Under the pieces are notes generated by a model. The model saw only the letters and a list, made by a program, of their open reading frames with translations. It ran no database searches and had not been told where the DNA came from. Of a stretch of DNA of 64,000 bases, positions 9,734 through 19,586 are shown one piece after another (within the stretch, counting starts at the first letter, position 1; every line of letters begins with the position of its first letter). Origin of the DNA: Candidatus Marinacidobacterales bacterium (GTDB taxonomy: Bacteria; Acidobacteriota; Vicinamibacteria; Marinacidobacterales; DATDRI01). A program made the position numbers and the translations under genes. Location of the stretch: NCBI GenBank assembly GCA_965219415.1, contig CBDCNP010000002.1, positions 2,272,001 through 2,336,000 of the forward strand, written 5' to 3'.

Positions 9734-10564
9734 TCAAGGTCTCAGGGCTTTCTCGAAGGCCATCGCAACGCGCCTCATGTTGTCCAGCCAGTCGCGCGCC
9801 AGGGGGTCGACCGTCTCGACACGCGCCCCTACTTCTTGCGCCACGACACGAGCGCTTTCCTTGGAGAATTGTGGTTGCACGAATATGACACTCGCCTTTT
9901 CCCGCTTCGCTTCCTCTATGTACGCGGCGAGCGCACCGGAGCCGGGCTTCTTTCCGCCTTCCTCCAAGCTCACCTGCTGGAGCCCGTACTCCCGTGTAAG
10001 GCGTCCCCAAGCGGCGTGGAACACGAAGACCTTTCGTCCCGAGTAGGGCTCCAACCGGGTGCGTATCTCGGAATCGAGCTCATCGATCTCGGACAGAAAA
10101 TCAGCCAGGTTTTCCTCCATCATTTCCCGAGCTGCCGGCAGAACCTCCCCGAGAGCGACCGCAATGCGTGCTGCTTCGGATCGCACGAGCTGGGGCGACA
10201 GCCAGACGTGGGGGTCGTAATCATCCGTCGCTGCACCATGAACGATCTCGAGGTTCGGGGTCTCGGAAAGGAGTTTGTCCACCCATGCAGCCTCGAACGC
10301 GAAATGCGGATGCCCCACTGCAACGTAGAGCCTTGCCCGCGCGAGTCGGGTCAGCTCGTCGATGCCTGGTTCGTAGGTAGATGGATTGGCTCCCGGAGGG
10401 ATCATAACCGCAATCGTGACTCGATCCCCGGCGATCTTCTCGACGAAGTAGGCCTGCGGTACTACCGATACCGCGACTGCCGGGAGATCCAGAGCTTCTG
10501 TTTCTCCCCGACACCCCGCAATCGCTACCAGGGCGAATAGCAGTCCCAATCGAACCAGGGTCAT
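9734..10564 (-). CDS. znuA: Zn/Mn ABC transporter substrate-binding lipoprotein (ZnuA-like)
   Basis: IAGC lipobox, TYEP, DPHVWLSP, VFHAAW, VDPL. Confidence 0.85.
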   Translation of the reverse strand: MTLVRLGLLFALVAIAGCRGETEALDLPAVAVSVVPQAYFVEKIAGDRVTIAVMIPPGANPSTYEPGIDELTRLARARLYVAVGHPHFAFEAAWVDKLLSETPNLEIVHGAATDDYDPHVWLSPQLVRSEAARIAVALGEVLPAAREMMEENLADFLSEIDELDSEIRTRLEPYSGRKVFVFHAAWGRLTREYGLQQVSLEEGGKKPGSGALAAYIEEAKREKASVIFVQPQFSKESARVVAQEVGARVETVDPLARDWLDNMRRVAMAFEKALRP

Positions 10565-10621
10565 GAGCCACTCTATCGAGGCGTCGAGCAGAAGGTCAAG
10601 CCGACGGGTTACAATCACATC

Positions 10622-12481
10622 ATGAAAACGGTTCCGCTTCCGGCGATTCTGCCTACCCCGAAACAGATTCGACCGCTGAAGGGAACATTTCCATTGAGCA
10701 ATGGACTGCCCATTGTGCTCGCCCCCCGCTCTTCCGATTCCGACTTCCGGGCCGCCCGAGCGCTCCAGAATCTGGCGCGCCAAGAAGCTGGCGTGACCCT
10801 ACCGATCGAGACCCACAGCCGCATGAAGGATCTGGGGCCGCGGATCGAGCTACGACGTCGGGGGGCACGGGGACAATCTTACCGGCTGGAAGTGCGAACC
10901 AAGCTCATCGAGGTCATGGCGGAAGGTCCCGCCGCGCTTCGCTATGCCGTCGAGACGCTGGGACAGCTCATCGAATCCCGAGGGCACATACCGGCCTGTC
11001 GAGTACAGGACGAGCCAGACCTCGCGCTCCGTGGCATCATGATCGATATCTCGCGCGGCAAGGTGCCGACCTTAGAGACCTTGCGGGACCTCGTCGACGT
11101 GTGTACCCGCCTCAAGCTCAACACCCTGATGCTCTACACCGAGCATACGTTTCGCTTCCGCCGTCACCCCGAGATCGGGCGCGATGCCTCACCGCTCGAC
11201 GCCGCCACCATCCGTGAGCTGGACGCTTACGCAGCCGAGAACCACGTGGAGCTCATACCGACGCTTCAGTCTCTCGGCCATATGCATCACATCTTGAGTA
11301 TCCCTCGCTACCGAGGCTTGGCGGAGTCCGATCGTCTTTGGTCTCTGTCACCCAACCAACCCGGCACGTACGAGCTGCTACGCGATCTGTACGCCGAGTA
11401 CCTGCCCAATTTTCGCTCCCGTCTCTTCAACGCCAATTGCGACGAGCCGGTCGATCTCGCCGACAACAAGTCCTACTGCGAGCATGTCGAGCGGGTGCGG
11501 GAGTTGGCCCTTTTGCAAGGAAAGCGAACCATGATTTGGGGCGACGTCCTGCAGAAGCACCCTAAGAGTATCGGCCAACTCGATCGCGACATGGTGTTGC
11601 TCGACTGGTGGTACGAAGCCAAACACGACTTCGATCGCGTTCGTACTTTCTCCGAGCACGGTGTCGACTTCCTGGTGTGCCCAGGAACTTCGAGCTGGAA
11701 CACCCTCTTCCCGAGATTGGCCAACAGCATCGCCAATATCTCTGGCTACGCCGCCGCCGGGAAGCGACACGGAGCCTGGGGACTCATCAACACCGACTGG
11801 GGCGATGGAGGACACTACAACCTCTTGGGGAACTCCTGGTTCGGATTTGCATGGGGAGCCCAGCAGGCGTGGTCAGGCGACGCGGCCAAGGGCGACTTCG
11901 ATCGCGCCTTCTCTCGCGTTCTCTTCGGGGATCGAAGCGGGAAGATCGCGCGCGCCTACCGAACGCTCGGCGCGCTCCACGGAACGGGATTCACCGTCTT
12001 CAACGCTTCGCCCATTCAATCGCTCTACTTCGATGACTTGGGACCAGCGAAGTTCACCGCCCAGGCGAAGGCACCAGCACTAGAAAAGACCGAGGCTAGC
12101 CTGAACAAGGTGCGGGGCTCCATCGAAGAGCTCGAGCGAACGTTCGTTCGCGAGAAATCGACTCACCAGGAGCTCCTTTTGGCAGCCGACGCGTCTCTGC
12201 TGGCGGTGCGAAAAGGGCTCGCCGGTCTGGAGTATCTCTCCTGGCGCCGGCAACCTTCTTCCCGGCGCGCCGGCGAGCGTCGGAAGCTTTCGCGGCGGCT
12301 CGCCCTCCTCGCCTCACAACAGGCCGAGCTTGGGAAGACGCTCTGGCAACTGTGGCGGGGAAGGAATCACCCCTCCAACTTCGAGATCACCAAGAAGAAG
12401 CTAGATACCTCGATTCGAAGTTTGCGCCGCGCAGCGCGCGAGCTCGAACAGAATCGCCCGCGAGGTCCAGGGCCGCGCTGA
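10622..12481 (+). CDS. GH20-family beta-N-acetylhexosaminidase-like protein, no signal peptide
   Basis: DEPDLALRGIMIDISRG, LIPTLQSLGH, NCDE catalytic pair, IWGD, TDWGDGGH. Confidence 0.8.
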   Translation: MKTVPLPAILPTPKQIRPLKGTFPLSNGLPIVLAPRSSDSDFRAARALQNLARQEAGVTLPIETHSRMKDLGPRIELRRRGARGQSYRLEVRTKLIEVMAEGPAALRYAVETLGQLIESRGHIPACRVQDEPDLALRGIMIDISRGKVPTLETLRDLVDVCTRLKLNTLMLYTEHTFRFRRHPEIGRDASPLDAATIRELDAYAAENHVELIPTLQSLGHMHHILSIPRYRGLAESDRLWSLSPNQPGTYELLRDLYAEYLPNFRSRLFNANCDEPVDLADNKSYCEHVERVRELALLQGKRTMIWGDVLQKHPKSIGQLDRDMVLLDWWYEAKHDFDRVRTFSEHGVDFLVCPGTSSWNTLFPRLANSIANISGYAAAGKRHGAWGLINTDWGDGGHYNLLGNSWFGFAWGAQQAWSGDAAKGDFDRAFSRVLFGDRSGKIARAYRTLGALHGTGFTVFNASPIQSLYFDDLGPAKFTAQAKAPALEKTEASLNKVRGSIEELERTFVREKSTHQELLLAADASLLAVRKGLAGLEYLSWRRQPSSRRAGERRKLSRRLALLASQQAELGKTLWQLWRGRNHPSNFEITKKKLDTSIRSLRRAARELEQNRPRGPGPR

Positions 12482-12607
12482 TTTTCCCGCCACTAATCCT
12501 TGGTGGATCCGCTGGTCCCCGGACGGTAAGCACCTCGCGTTCGCGAGCACCAAAGGCTCGCTAGGTCTCTGGGTCCTTGGAAACTATCGACTGCCCTGAT
12601 CCCAGGT

Positions 12608-13220
12608 CTAATCCAGCAGCACTGCCATCGCCCAGTCCAAATCCAGTGGCTCCCCATCCCAAGCGGGAAGACTTGTCCTGGAATCGATTTCCAGCCCTTC
12701 TTCGCGGTTGCGCCGCATGAGGCCGGCAACGGGCTCGCGTTCTAGTTGGGGTGGGCCTCCGGGATCTCTCTTCCATCCGGCCGATAGAAGACTGGTTCCT
12801 TATTGGGTGGAAATTCCACACGAAACCCGCCCTCATGGACGGCTCGATGATGATAACGACATACGAGTAGAAGGTTGGTGAGCTTGGTCTCCCCTCCGTT
12901 GGCCCAGTGTTCTATGTGGTGTGCATCGCAGTACTTGAGTCCACAGCCTGGGAAGCGGCAAATACGGTCTCGATGGGCAAGCGCTCGGCGGATGGCAGGG
13001 AGAACCGTGCGGGTTTTGCGGCCGACATCTAATACAGAACCATCCTCTGCATGGGTCACGACGACCTTGCTGGCATCGCAAGCGATTCGCCGAGACGTTT
13101 CCGCGGGAACGTCTTTGGGTACTTCGGTAACAGATTCCAGGGCTCGGAGCACGGCGGCCCCCAACCTCGGGCGTGAGCCAGCCCCGGATGACGAGCATCC
13201 CATCCTCGTCGGTGTAGGTC
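12608..13220 (-). pseudogene. DUF222/HNH endonuclease remnant (truncated, frameshifted)
   Basis: DEDGMLVIRG.LTPEVG, RRIACDAS, CRFPGC...DAHHIEHWANGG..NL..C..HH; C-terminal PAWDGEPLDLDWA in another frame. Confidence 0.8.
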
Positions 13221-13273
13221 TGTAGGTATCGTCTTTGACGCTGCGCGATCTTGTCAAGTAAAACTTTGTTTTT

Positions 13274-15142
13274 TTAGAAAGTATTGTCTTTGGAGCGCGG
13301 TTCTTCCTCTACCTTCTCTTCGGGCTCCTCTTCTTGCTCTGATTCCTTCGTTTCCTCTGCGACCGGGGCCTCCGACTCCTTCGGTTCCAACGGCGGCTCG
13401 GGCTCAGGCTTCTCGTAGTCCGAGGTATCGATGTCAGCGGCCCGGAGTTCCGGTTCGTCAGACTCCAATGCCGGCGCGGGCTCAGGCTTCTCGTAGTCTG
13501 AGGTTTCGATGTCAGCGGCCCGGAGTTCCGGTTCGTCAGACTCCAATGCCGGCGCGGGCTCAGACTTCTCGTAGTCTGAGGTTTCGATGTCGGTGGGTCG
13601 GAGCTCTGGCTCAGCGTCTTCTTGTGGCGCTGGCTGCGGCTCGGGCGTCGGCGCTTCCTCGGCTACCGGCTCCTCGTCGAGTGCCAAGGTTTCATCCGGG
13701 GACGTCGCTTTTTGGGGCGCACCGTCCTCCGTCAACGAGTCCAAAGCAGCAGCCGTGACCTCGGCCACCTCGGCGGCGGGTGTTTCCTCGGCCTGGACTG
13801 GGGCCTGGGCCTCCTCCGCACCCTCCGCTTGCTTCTCACGGACCTCGGGGCGTTGGTAGGGTTTGCGCTCGCGTGACTCGCGAGCTCGATCTCTCCAACC
13901 GCGACCGCGATCGCGAGGGCGATCGGGTCGCCGCTCAGGCCTCGGCTCCGGTGCGGGCGGCCGCTGTCCACGAGCCGAGCTTCGGAACGCAAGGTCATAG
14001 GCTGGCAGAAGCTTCTCCCATCCGAAATTTTCTTTGATGTAACGCTGTCCTTGGCGGCCCAATCCCTTAGCCAGGTTCTTGTCCTCGAACAACATCTCTA
14101 GGATCCCTTCAAACTCCTCGTAGTTCCGATAGTAGAGACCGGCGTTCGCTTTTCGGCAATGATCGACGAGAACCCTCGAGCCCCCATGAGCGACAACCGG
14201 GACTCCCACCGAGAAGGCTTCTAGAGCCACGATGGAAAGACTCTCGAGGCGGGATGGGATCATCACAGCCGTGGCACTGGCCATCGCGGCTAGTTTCTCG
14301 TCCTCTTGAAGAAACCCGAGGTAGCGAATGTCCCGAGAATTCGGGATCGACATATTCTTCTTGCCCATCAAAACGAGCTGCAGGTTGCCGATGTCGGGGT
14401 GTTCCTCTCTAAATGTCTTGAAGTACTTGATGAGCTCGCCACACCCTTTCCCTTCGTCGATTCTTCCCGCATAGAGGAGGAATCGGTTAGACACGCGTTG
14501 CTTTCTTTTGAACGTTTCGGTATCGGGCGTATCCAAAAGATCCATCCCCATGCCGATGGTCTCCCGCATCTTGCGATGAACGTCGAACCGTTCGAGCACG
14601 AAGAGCTCCTCGGCCTCGGTGTTGAAGATGAAGGAGTTCGCGCTCTCGAAGACCTCCTTGTAAATCCCGAGCTTGATGGGAGGCTCGTCGTGCGCCGTCG
14701 GCACCAGGACGCTCTTCTCGGGTGCTACCTGGATCCCGTGGTAAGTCGGGTAATAGAGATACGTAAAAAAGACGAGAAGGTCGTACTTCTTGTGCTCATT
14801 CTTCAGGTATTCGATGAGCTTCGGCGCGACCGGGCCCTGCATCTCGAGCCATTTGAGCTCGTCTTCGCGGGTATGTTCGTTCGCGTAGATCCAATCCGAA
14901 TACTTGTTGAACTCCTCGAGGTTACGCTCCTGTTCGACCGGGAACCGAAACACCTTGACTCCGCGTAGCTTTTCTTCGCTCTCCGGATACTCGTTCTTCC
15001 ATGTGACGTAGTCCCGAGTGGTGGTGGTCAGGACATCGATCTGGTGGCGGCGAGCCTGCCTTTCGGCGATTTGACGCGCCAGGGTCTCCGCTCCGCCCGG
15101 GATCTCCCGTCCGTAGCGCTGAATAACAAAGGCGAGCCTCAT
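13274..15142 (-). CDS. GT4 glycosyltransferase with ~230-aa disordered C-terminal extension
   Basis: QRYG..GGAE, VPTAHDE, ESLSIVALEA; then Arg-rich and Glu/Pro-rich tail. Confidence 0.9.
   Translation of the reverse strand: MRLAFVIQRYGREIPGGAETLARQIAERQARRHQIDVLTTTTRDYVTWKNEYPESEEKLRGVKVFRFPVEQERNLEEFNKYSDWIYANEHTREDELKWLEMQGPVAPKLIEYLKNEHKKYDLLVFFTYLYYPTYHGIQVAPEKSVLVPTAHDEPPIKLGIYKEVFESANSFIFNTEAEELFVLERFDVHRKMRETIGMGMDLLDTPDTETFKRKQRVSNRFLLYAGRIDEGKGCGELIKYFKTFREEHPDIGNLQLVLMGKKNMSIPNSRDIRYLGFLQEDEKLAAMASATAVMIPSRLESLSIVALEAFSVGVPVVAHGGSRVLVDHCRKANAGLYYRNYEEFEGILEMLFEDKNLAKGLGRQGQRYIKENFGWEKLLPAYDLAFRSSARGQRPPAPEPRPERRPDRPRDRGRGWRDRARESRERKPYQRPEVREKQAEGAEEAQAPVQAEETPAAEVAEVTAAALDSLTEDGAPQKATSPDETLALDEEPVAEEAPTPEPQPAPQEDAEPELRPTDIETSDYEKSEPAPALESDEPELRAADIETSDYEKPEPAPALESDEPELRAADIDTSDYEKPEPEPPLEPKESEAPVAEETKESEQEEEPEEKVEEEPRSKDNTF
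13399..13612 (-). repeat. 78-bp in-frame tandem repeat, ~2.7 copies (26-aa unit EPELRAADIETSDYEKPEPAPALESD)
   Basis: Near-identical units starting ~13399, 13477, 13555. Confidence 0.9.
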
Positions 15143-16242
15143 TGGGACACCTCCTGGATGTGACTGAATTGCCTAATGTAATTGATGAGCTCGGCCTCTA
15201 CTTGTTGGGGACGAAACCGCTCAAGACGTTGCCGTTGACCAGCTAACACGCTGTCTCGCAAGCTTTCATCGGTTGCTAGTAAATGGCCCATCTCGGCCAA
15301 CTCTTCGTACTTCTTTTGGCTAAACTGCACTCCTGATTCTCCTAACGTATCGGGTACCGCGCCGGCCTGATAGGCCATGACCGGTACCTCGAGTAACATC
15401 GATTCCACCAGCGGCACCGCAAACCCCTCGTGCTCGCTCATGCTTACAAAGACGTCTGCCATTCGATAACAGGCGAGCAAATCCTCCCAGGCGAGATGTC
15501 CGGTAAAGGTGAACTCGCTGGGCATCAGGCCCCAATAGTGAGCGAGCTCCTGTACCGACTGCTGGTAGCGTGCCATGCGACCGGCACGTCCGACTACAAT
15601 AAAACGAAAATCCTCCGATATGTACTTCTTGTAGAAAAACGCCATCCTCACTAGATCTTCGAAGCGTTTGTTGGGAAAGATGCGGCCAACGAAGAGAAAA
15701 TTCACCCGACGCCTGCTGAACATCTCCTCCAAGACCGAATTTGGCTCGGTTTGGTAGCGCTCGAAATCGAGCAAAATAGGCAGCACGCCGGTTCGCTCGA
15801 AACCTATCTCTTCGAGCTCCTCCCGGTTGTATTCCGAATCCCCGAGCGCGAGGTCGGTGACATCGGCGAGGGAACGAAGCTCCTCTCTCCCTTTTACGGC
15901 AATGCGCACCAGCTCGTGGTCGAGGCCGAGGAAGTAAGAAGCGGGCGTGATGTTGTGGTAGATGATCACTTTTTTCCCGGGGAAGTCCCGAAGCGCATCG
16001 GTAAGCGGAGACGGTAGCGCAAAGTGAAGGATGGCCACGTCGTCCGGCTCCGCCGATGGCCGATCCACAAATGGTAGGAACTCACCCCGCACTTCATCGT
16101 CCACTTCGAGCGCATACAGATCAGATGAAAAACCGGCTCCACGAAGCGCAGTGCGGATCCGTAGCGCCTCGTCACCGATGGCATCACCGAAGTGACCTCG
16201 CGGAAGCCACTGATCGACACGCATCTCAGGCCTCGACTCCAT
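15139..16242 (-). CDS. GT4 glycosyltransferase (YHNITP subtype)
   Basis: GDAIG, IYHNITP, FVGRIFPNK, SEHEGFAVPLVE. Confidence 0.9.
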   Translation of the reverse strand: MESRPEMRVDQWLPRGHFGDAIGDEALRIRTALRGAGFSSDLYALEVDDEVRGEFLPFVDRPSAEPDDVAILHFALPSPLTDALRDFPGKKVIIYHNITPASYFLGLDHELVRIAVKGREELRSLADVTDLALGDSEYNREELEEIGFERTGVLPILLDFERYQTEPNSVLEEMFSRRRVNFLFVGRIFPNKRFEDLVRMAFFYKKYISEDFRFIVVGRAGRMARYQQSVQELAHYWGLMPSEFTFTGHLAWEDLLACYRMADVFVSMSEHEGFAVPLVESMLLEVPVMAYQAGAVPDTLGESGVQFSQKKYEELAEMGHLLATDESLRDSVLAGQRQRLERFRPQQVEAELINYIRQFSHIQEVSQ

Positions 16243-17302
16243 GGGATACTTGCTCGACGAAGCCGACCAGCAATCCTTCCTCGTCTCGAGCGTCCAAAGC
16301 CTCGATCACACCATCCTGGCTATCGACGACGCGCTGGCGCAAGTCGTCATCGTGAACGAGTTGATGGGCCATCTCGGCGATCTCTTCAAAGCGTTTATCC
16401 CGGATCAAAACCCCCGCCCCGTCCATCGTGTCCGGCACCGCTCCGGCGTCGAAGGCCATCACCGGGATGCCGAACCGAAACGCTTCTAATAGAGGAGCGC
16501 AAAAACCCTCGTGCTCGCTAAGGCTCAGAAAAATGTCGGCCACTTGGTAGTAGGCAGCAAGGTCGTTGGTATCGACGTGCCCGGTAAACACAACGTCTTC
16601 GAGCTCGAGTTGGTCCACCAGCCGCGAGAGAGCATCGAAGTAGCGTTCGAAGCCCCGATATTCGCCCACCAGGAGTAGGCGACTTCTGGGTTCCACGAAC
16701 TTCTGGTAGAAGTAGAAGACCTTGATGAGATCCTCGAACTTCTTGTTCGGTATCACCCGCCCTACGAAAAGGAAGTTGATCTTGTCATCGTCGAACATCC
16801 CGCGAACCACCGGACTGGGCGGGATGGCGAGCTGCGCTGGGTCCAACATGAGCGGGAGCACCCCGGTGGGATGAAAACCTATCGCATCGAGCTCCTGCCG
16901 GTTGAACTCCGAGACTCCGAGCGCCAGCTCGGTGCGTTCGGTAAACGCCGCCAGCTCGCGCCGGCCCTGGTAACACAAGCGGGCCAGCTTGGGCTGATAG
17001 GGGGCGAACCATCGTGCCGGTGTAATGTTGTGGTAGATGAGCATGATGCGGTCCGGTAGTTGATGCACGAAGGCAGACACCCCGGCACCAATCGAAAAAT
17101 GCAGAATGAGAACGTTGTCCGGGCTCGAGATCCGTTGGTAGTCCCAAAGCGGATGGCCCTTGTTCTTCATCGCCGAGTGTACCGACTCCGCGAAAATCTC
17201 CGATTCGTAACCACAGCTACGCAAGAGGTCTTGGATTCGAAGCGCCTCATTGCTGATGGCATCTCCGTAACTCAACGAAGCGACCATCTGGTGTACTTGC
17301 AT
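16226..17302 (-). CDS. GT4 glycosyltransferase (YHNITP subtype)
   Basis: GDAISNE, IYHNITP, SEHEGFCAPLLE. Confidence 0.9.
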   Translation of the reverse strand: MQVHQMVASLSYGDAISNEALRIQDLLRSCGYESEIFAESVHSAMKNKGHPLWDYQRISSPDNVLILHFSIGAGVSAFVHQLPDRIMLIYHNITPARWFAPYQPKLARLCYQGRRELAAFTERTELALGVSEFNRQELDAIGFHPTGVLPLMLDPAQLAIPPSPVVRGMFDDDKINFLFVGRVIPNKKFEDLIKVFYFYQKFVEPRSRLLLVGEYRGFERYFDALSRLVDQLELEDVVFTGHVDTNDLAAYYQVADIFLSLSEHEGFCAPLLEAFRFGIPVMAFDAGAVPDTMDGAGVLIRDKRFEEIAEMAHQLVHDDDLRQRVVDSQDGVIEALDARDEEGLLVGFVEQVSHGVEA

Positions 17303-17310
17303 CGTCTCGA

Positions 17311-18378
17311 TTAACCTCGGAGCGTCTGCTCCACGTAGCCCACCAAGAGCTCCTCGTCGTTGCGAGCCGCGACACCACCCAGGACCTCATGCTGTCGATC
17401 GACAACCCGAGCCCGGAGCTTCTCGTCGTGAACCAGCAGGTGGGCCATCTCGGCAATCTCCTCGAACCGCTTTTCTTGGATCAAAACTCCCGCGCCTCCG
17501 AGCGTCTCAGCCACCGCCCCGGCATCGAAGGCCATCACCGGGAGATCGAACTGAAACGCCTCCAACAAGGGAGCACAGAATCCTTCGTGCTCGCTCATGC
17601 TGAGGAAAACGTCGGCCACACCGTAGTAAGCGATGAGATCATCGGTGTCCACATGTCCGGTGAACAAGACGTCTTCTAGCAGCAGATCATCCACCAAACG
17701 AACGAGTGAGTCGAAATAGCGCTCGAACCCGTGGGACTCCCCCACCAGGAGTAGACGGCTATCCGGGTCGATGTACTTCTGATAGATGGAGAAAACCTTG
17801 ATCACGTCCTCGATGCGCTTATTCGGCAGCGTCCGCCCGACGAAAAGGAAATTCGTCTTGTCGTCGTCGAACATCTCGAGGACGACCGGATTCGGCGGCC
17901 CTTCCAATTGGTGACGATCGAGCATCAGAGGTAGCACCCCGGTGGGGTCAAATCCCATCGACTCGAGCTCGGAGCGGTTGAACTCAGAATCACCGACCGC
18001 CAATCGAATCCGCTTGTTGAAAGCGGCGAGCTCGCGACGGCCATGATGGCAAAGTCCCACGAGATGCGGATGGAACTCGGTGAACCAACTCGCCGGCGTA
18101 ATGTTGTGGTAGATCAACATGAGCGGATCGGGAAGGTGATACGCGTACGTCGAGACCCCCGCACCGATCGAGAAGTGAAGAATGAGGACGTTCTCCGGGC
18201 TCGAGATCTCTCGGTAGTCCCAGAGCTTATGAGCCAATCCCGACATTTCGGGGTGGACCGCCTCCGCGAAGATCTCCGAATCATAGCCGCGGCCCCGCAA
18301 TATGGATTGGATGCGCAGCGCCTCGTTCCCGATGGCGTCGCCATAGCTCAATGCCGACAGCATTTGATGAACCTTCAT
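17311..18378 (-). CDS. GT4 glycosyltransferase (YHNITP subtype), close paralogue of 16226-17302
   Basis: Same motifs with extensive visible identity; ATGA overlap with upstream gene. Confidence 0.9.
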   Translation of the reverse strand: MKVHQMLSALSYGDAIGNEALRIQSILRGRGYDSEIFAEAVHPEMSGLAHKLWDYREISSPENVLILHFSIGAGVSTYAYHLPDPLMLIYHNITPASWFTEFHPHLVGLCHHGRRELAAFNKRIRLAVGDSEFNRSELESMGFDPTGVLPLMLDRHQLEGPPNPVVLEMFDDDKTNFLFVGRTLPNKRIEDVIKVFSIYQKYIDPDSRLLLVGESHGFERYFDSLVRLVDDLLLEDVLFTGHVDTDDLIAYYGVADVFLSMSEHEGFCAPLLEAFQFDLPVMAFDAGAVAETLGGAGVLIQEKRFEEIAEMAHLLVHDEKLRARVVDRQHEVLGGVAARNDEELLVGYVEQTLRG

Positions 18379-19586
18379 TTGCGATCTTCTTCGAGAAGCA
18401 TGCCGAGAAGCCGGTTGTATTTGCCTTCGATGACTTCCCACCGGTAGTGGTCATGAAAAAAACGCTGGCCGTTCGCACCCAGCCCTTGGCGAAGGTCACC
18501 CTCTTCCTCTAGCAACGCGACCGCCTCTCGGAACTCGTAGTAGCTGGTGTAATAGAGCCCGGCGTTCGACCGCCGGCACTGTCCTCGGAGAACATCGCAG
18601 AGCCCGTTCGCCAAGACCGGCTTCGCCTGTGACCAAGCCTCGAGTGTCACCATCGAGAGGCTTTCGAGCTCCGAGGGCATGATGAGAAACTCGGCCCCCG
18701 CCAGGGCCGACCACTTTTCATCCTCGGGAAGAAACCCGGCATAGTAGATATCCGGGTGCTCGAGTATCTCCATCGTCTTGCCGCCCACCAGAACCAACTT
18801 GAGCGAGGAGCCGGACTCCTCCTTGTACCGACGAAAGTAGTGGAAGAGCTGGCGGCATCCCTTGTTCTGATCGACCCGGCCGATGAATATGGCGTAGCGA
18901 TCACTCATGTTGTGGCGACTCCGAAACAGATCCGCCGTGGGTCGGTTCGGAACTTCCGATCCCACTCCTACCACATCGCCCTTCAGGTCACGACTCTCCG
19001 CCGTCGACCAGATCATTTCCCGCTCCTCGACGGAGTTGAACACGATGGCTCGGGGGCGATGAAAGAACGGCTTGAATATCTTGAGATTGACCACATCGTC
19101 CTTCTCCGCCGTGGGTACGAGAAGGGAACGATCTCCGAGAGCAGCCACGCCATGGTAGCTGTGGTAGTAGCGATAGCTGAAGAAGATGAAGTAGTCGTAC
19201 TCATCGCGATTCTTGCGCAGAAAGCGTAGCAACTTTGGAGAAAAGGGCCCCTGTTCTTCGAGCCACTGCAGCTCGTCCTTCTCACGATGCGGGGACCGGA
19301 AGATCTTTTGCGAGATGCGACCGAAGCGGTCGGTGTCTCGAGGCCGCTTCACCTTGAAGCGCCGCACCGGCACGCCGTTGACGATAGAAAGATCGTCCGG
19401 GAGCTCATTGCGCCAGGTGATGTAGTCTTTGGCGCACGACGTGATCACCTCGACGCGGTGGTGTTTGGCAAGATGCTCCGCCACCAACCGACAATGGTAC
19501 TCCGCGCCGCCGTTGACCTCCTCGCCGTAGCGCTGCACTACCAAGGCTAGGCGGAGCGAAGGCAAGGCGCTCGCAAAGCTAGTCAC
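18375..19586 (-). CDS. GT4 glycosyltransferase (QRYG subtype)
   Basis: VVQRYGEEVNGGAE, VPTAE, ESLSMVTLEA. Confidence 0.88.
   Translation of the reverse strand: MTSFASALPSLRLALVVQRYGEEVNGGAEYHCRLVAEHLAKHHRVEVITSCAKDYITWRNELPDDLSIVNGVPVRRFKVKRPRDTDRFGRISQKIFRSPHREKDELQWLEEQGPFSPKLLRFLRKNRDEYDYFIFFSYRYYHSYHGVAALGDRSLLVPTAEKDDVVNLKIFKPFFHRPRAIVFNSVEEREMIWSTAESRDLKGDVVGVGSEVPNRPTADLFRSRHNMSDRYAIFIGRVDQNKGCRQLFHYFRRYKEESGSSLKLVLVGGKTMEILEHPDIYYAGFLPEDEKWSALAGAEFLIMPSELESLSMVTLEAWSQAKPVLANGLCDVLRGQCRRSNAGLYYTSYYEFREAVALLEEEGDLRQGLGANGQRFFHDHYRWEVIEGKYNRLLGMLLEEDRK

Noticed and set aside
9644-10540. Long antisense or alternate-frame ORFs (also 14306-14968, 36486-37319, 52860-53630, 54219-54920)
   Set aside because: Shadow ORFs of well-supported genes in GC-rich DNA with no recognisable motifs.
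13399-13612. Repeat array as CRISPR
   Set aside because: Contiguous in-frame coding repeats without unique spacers; no cas genes.
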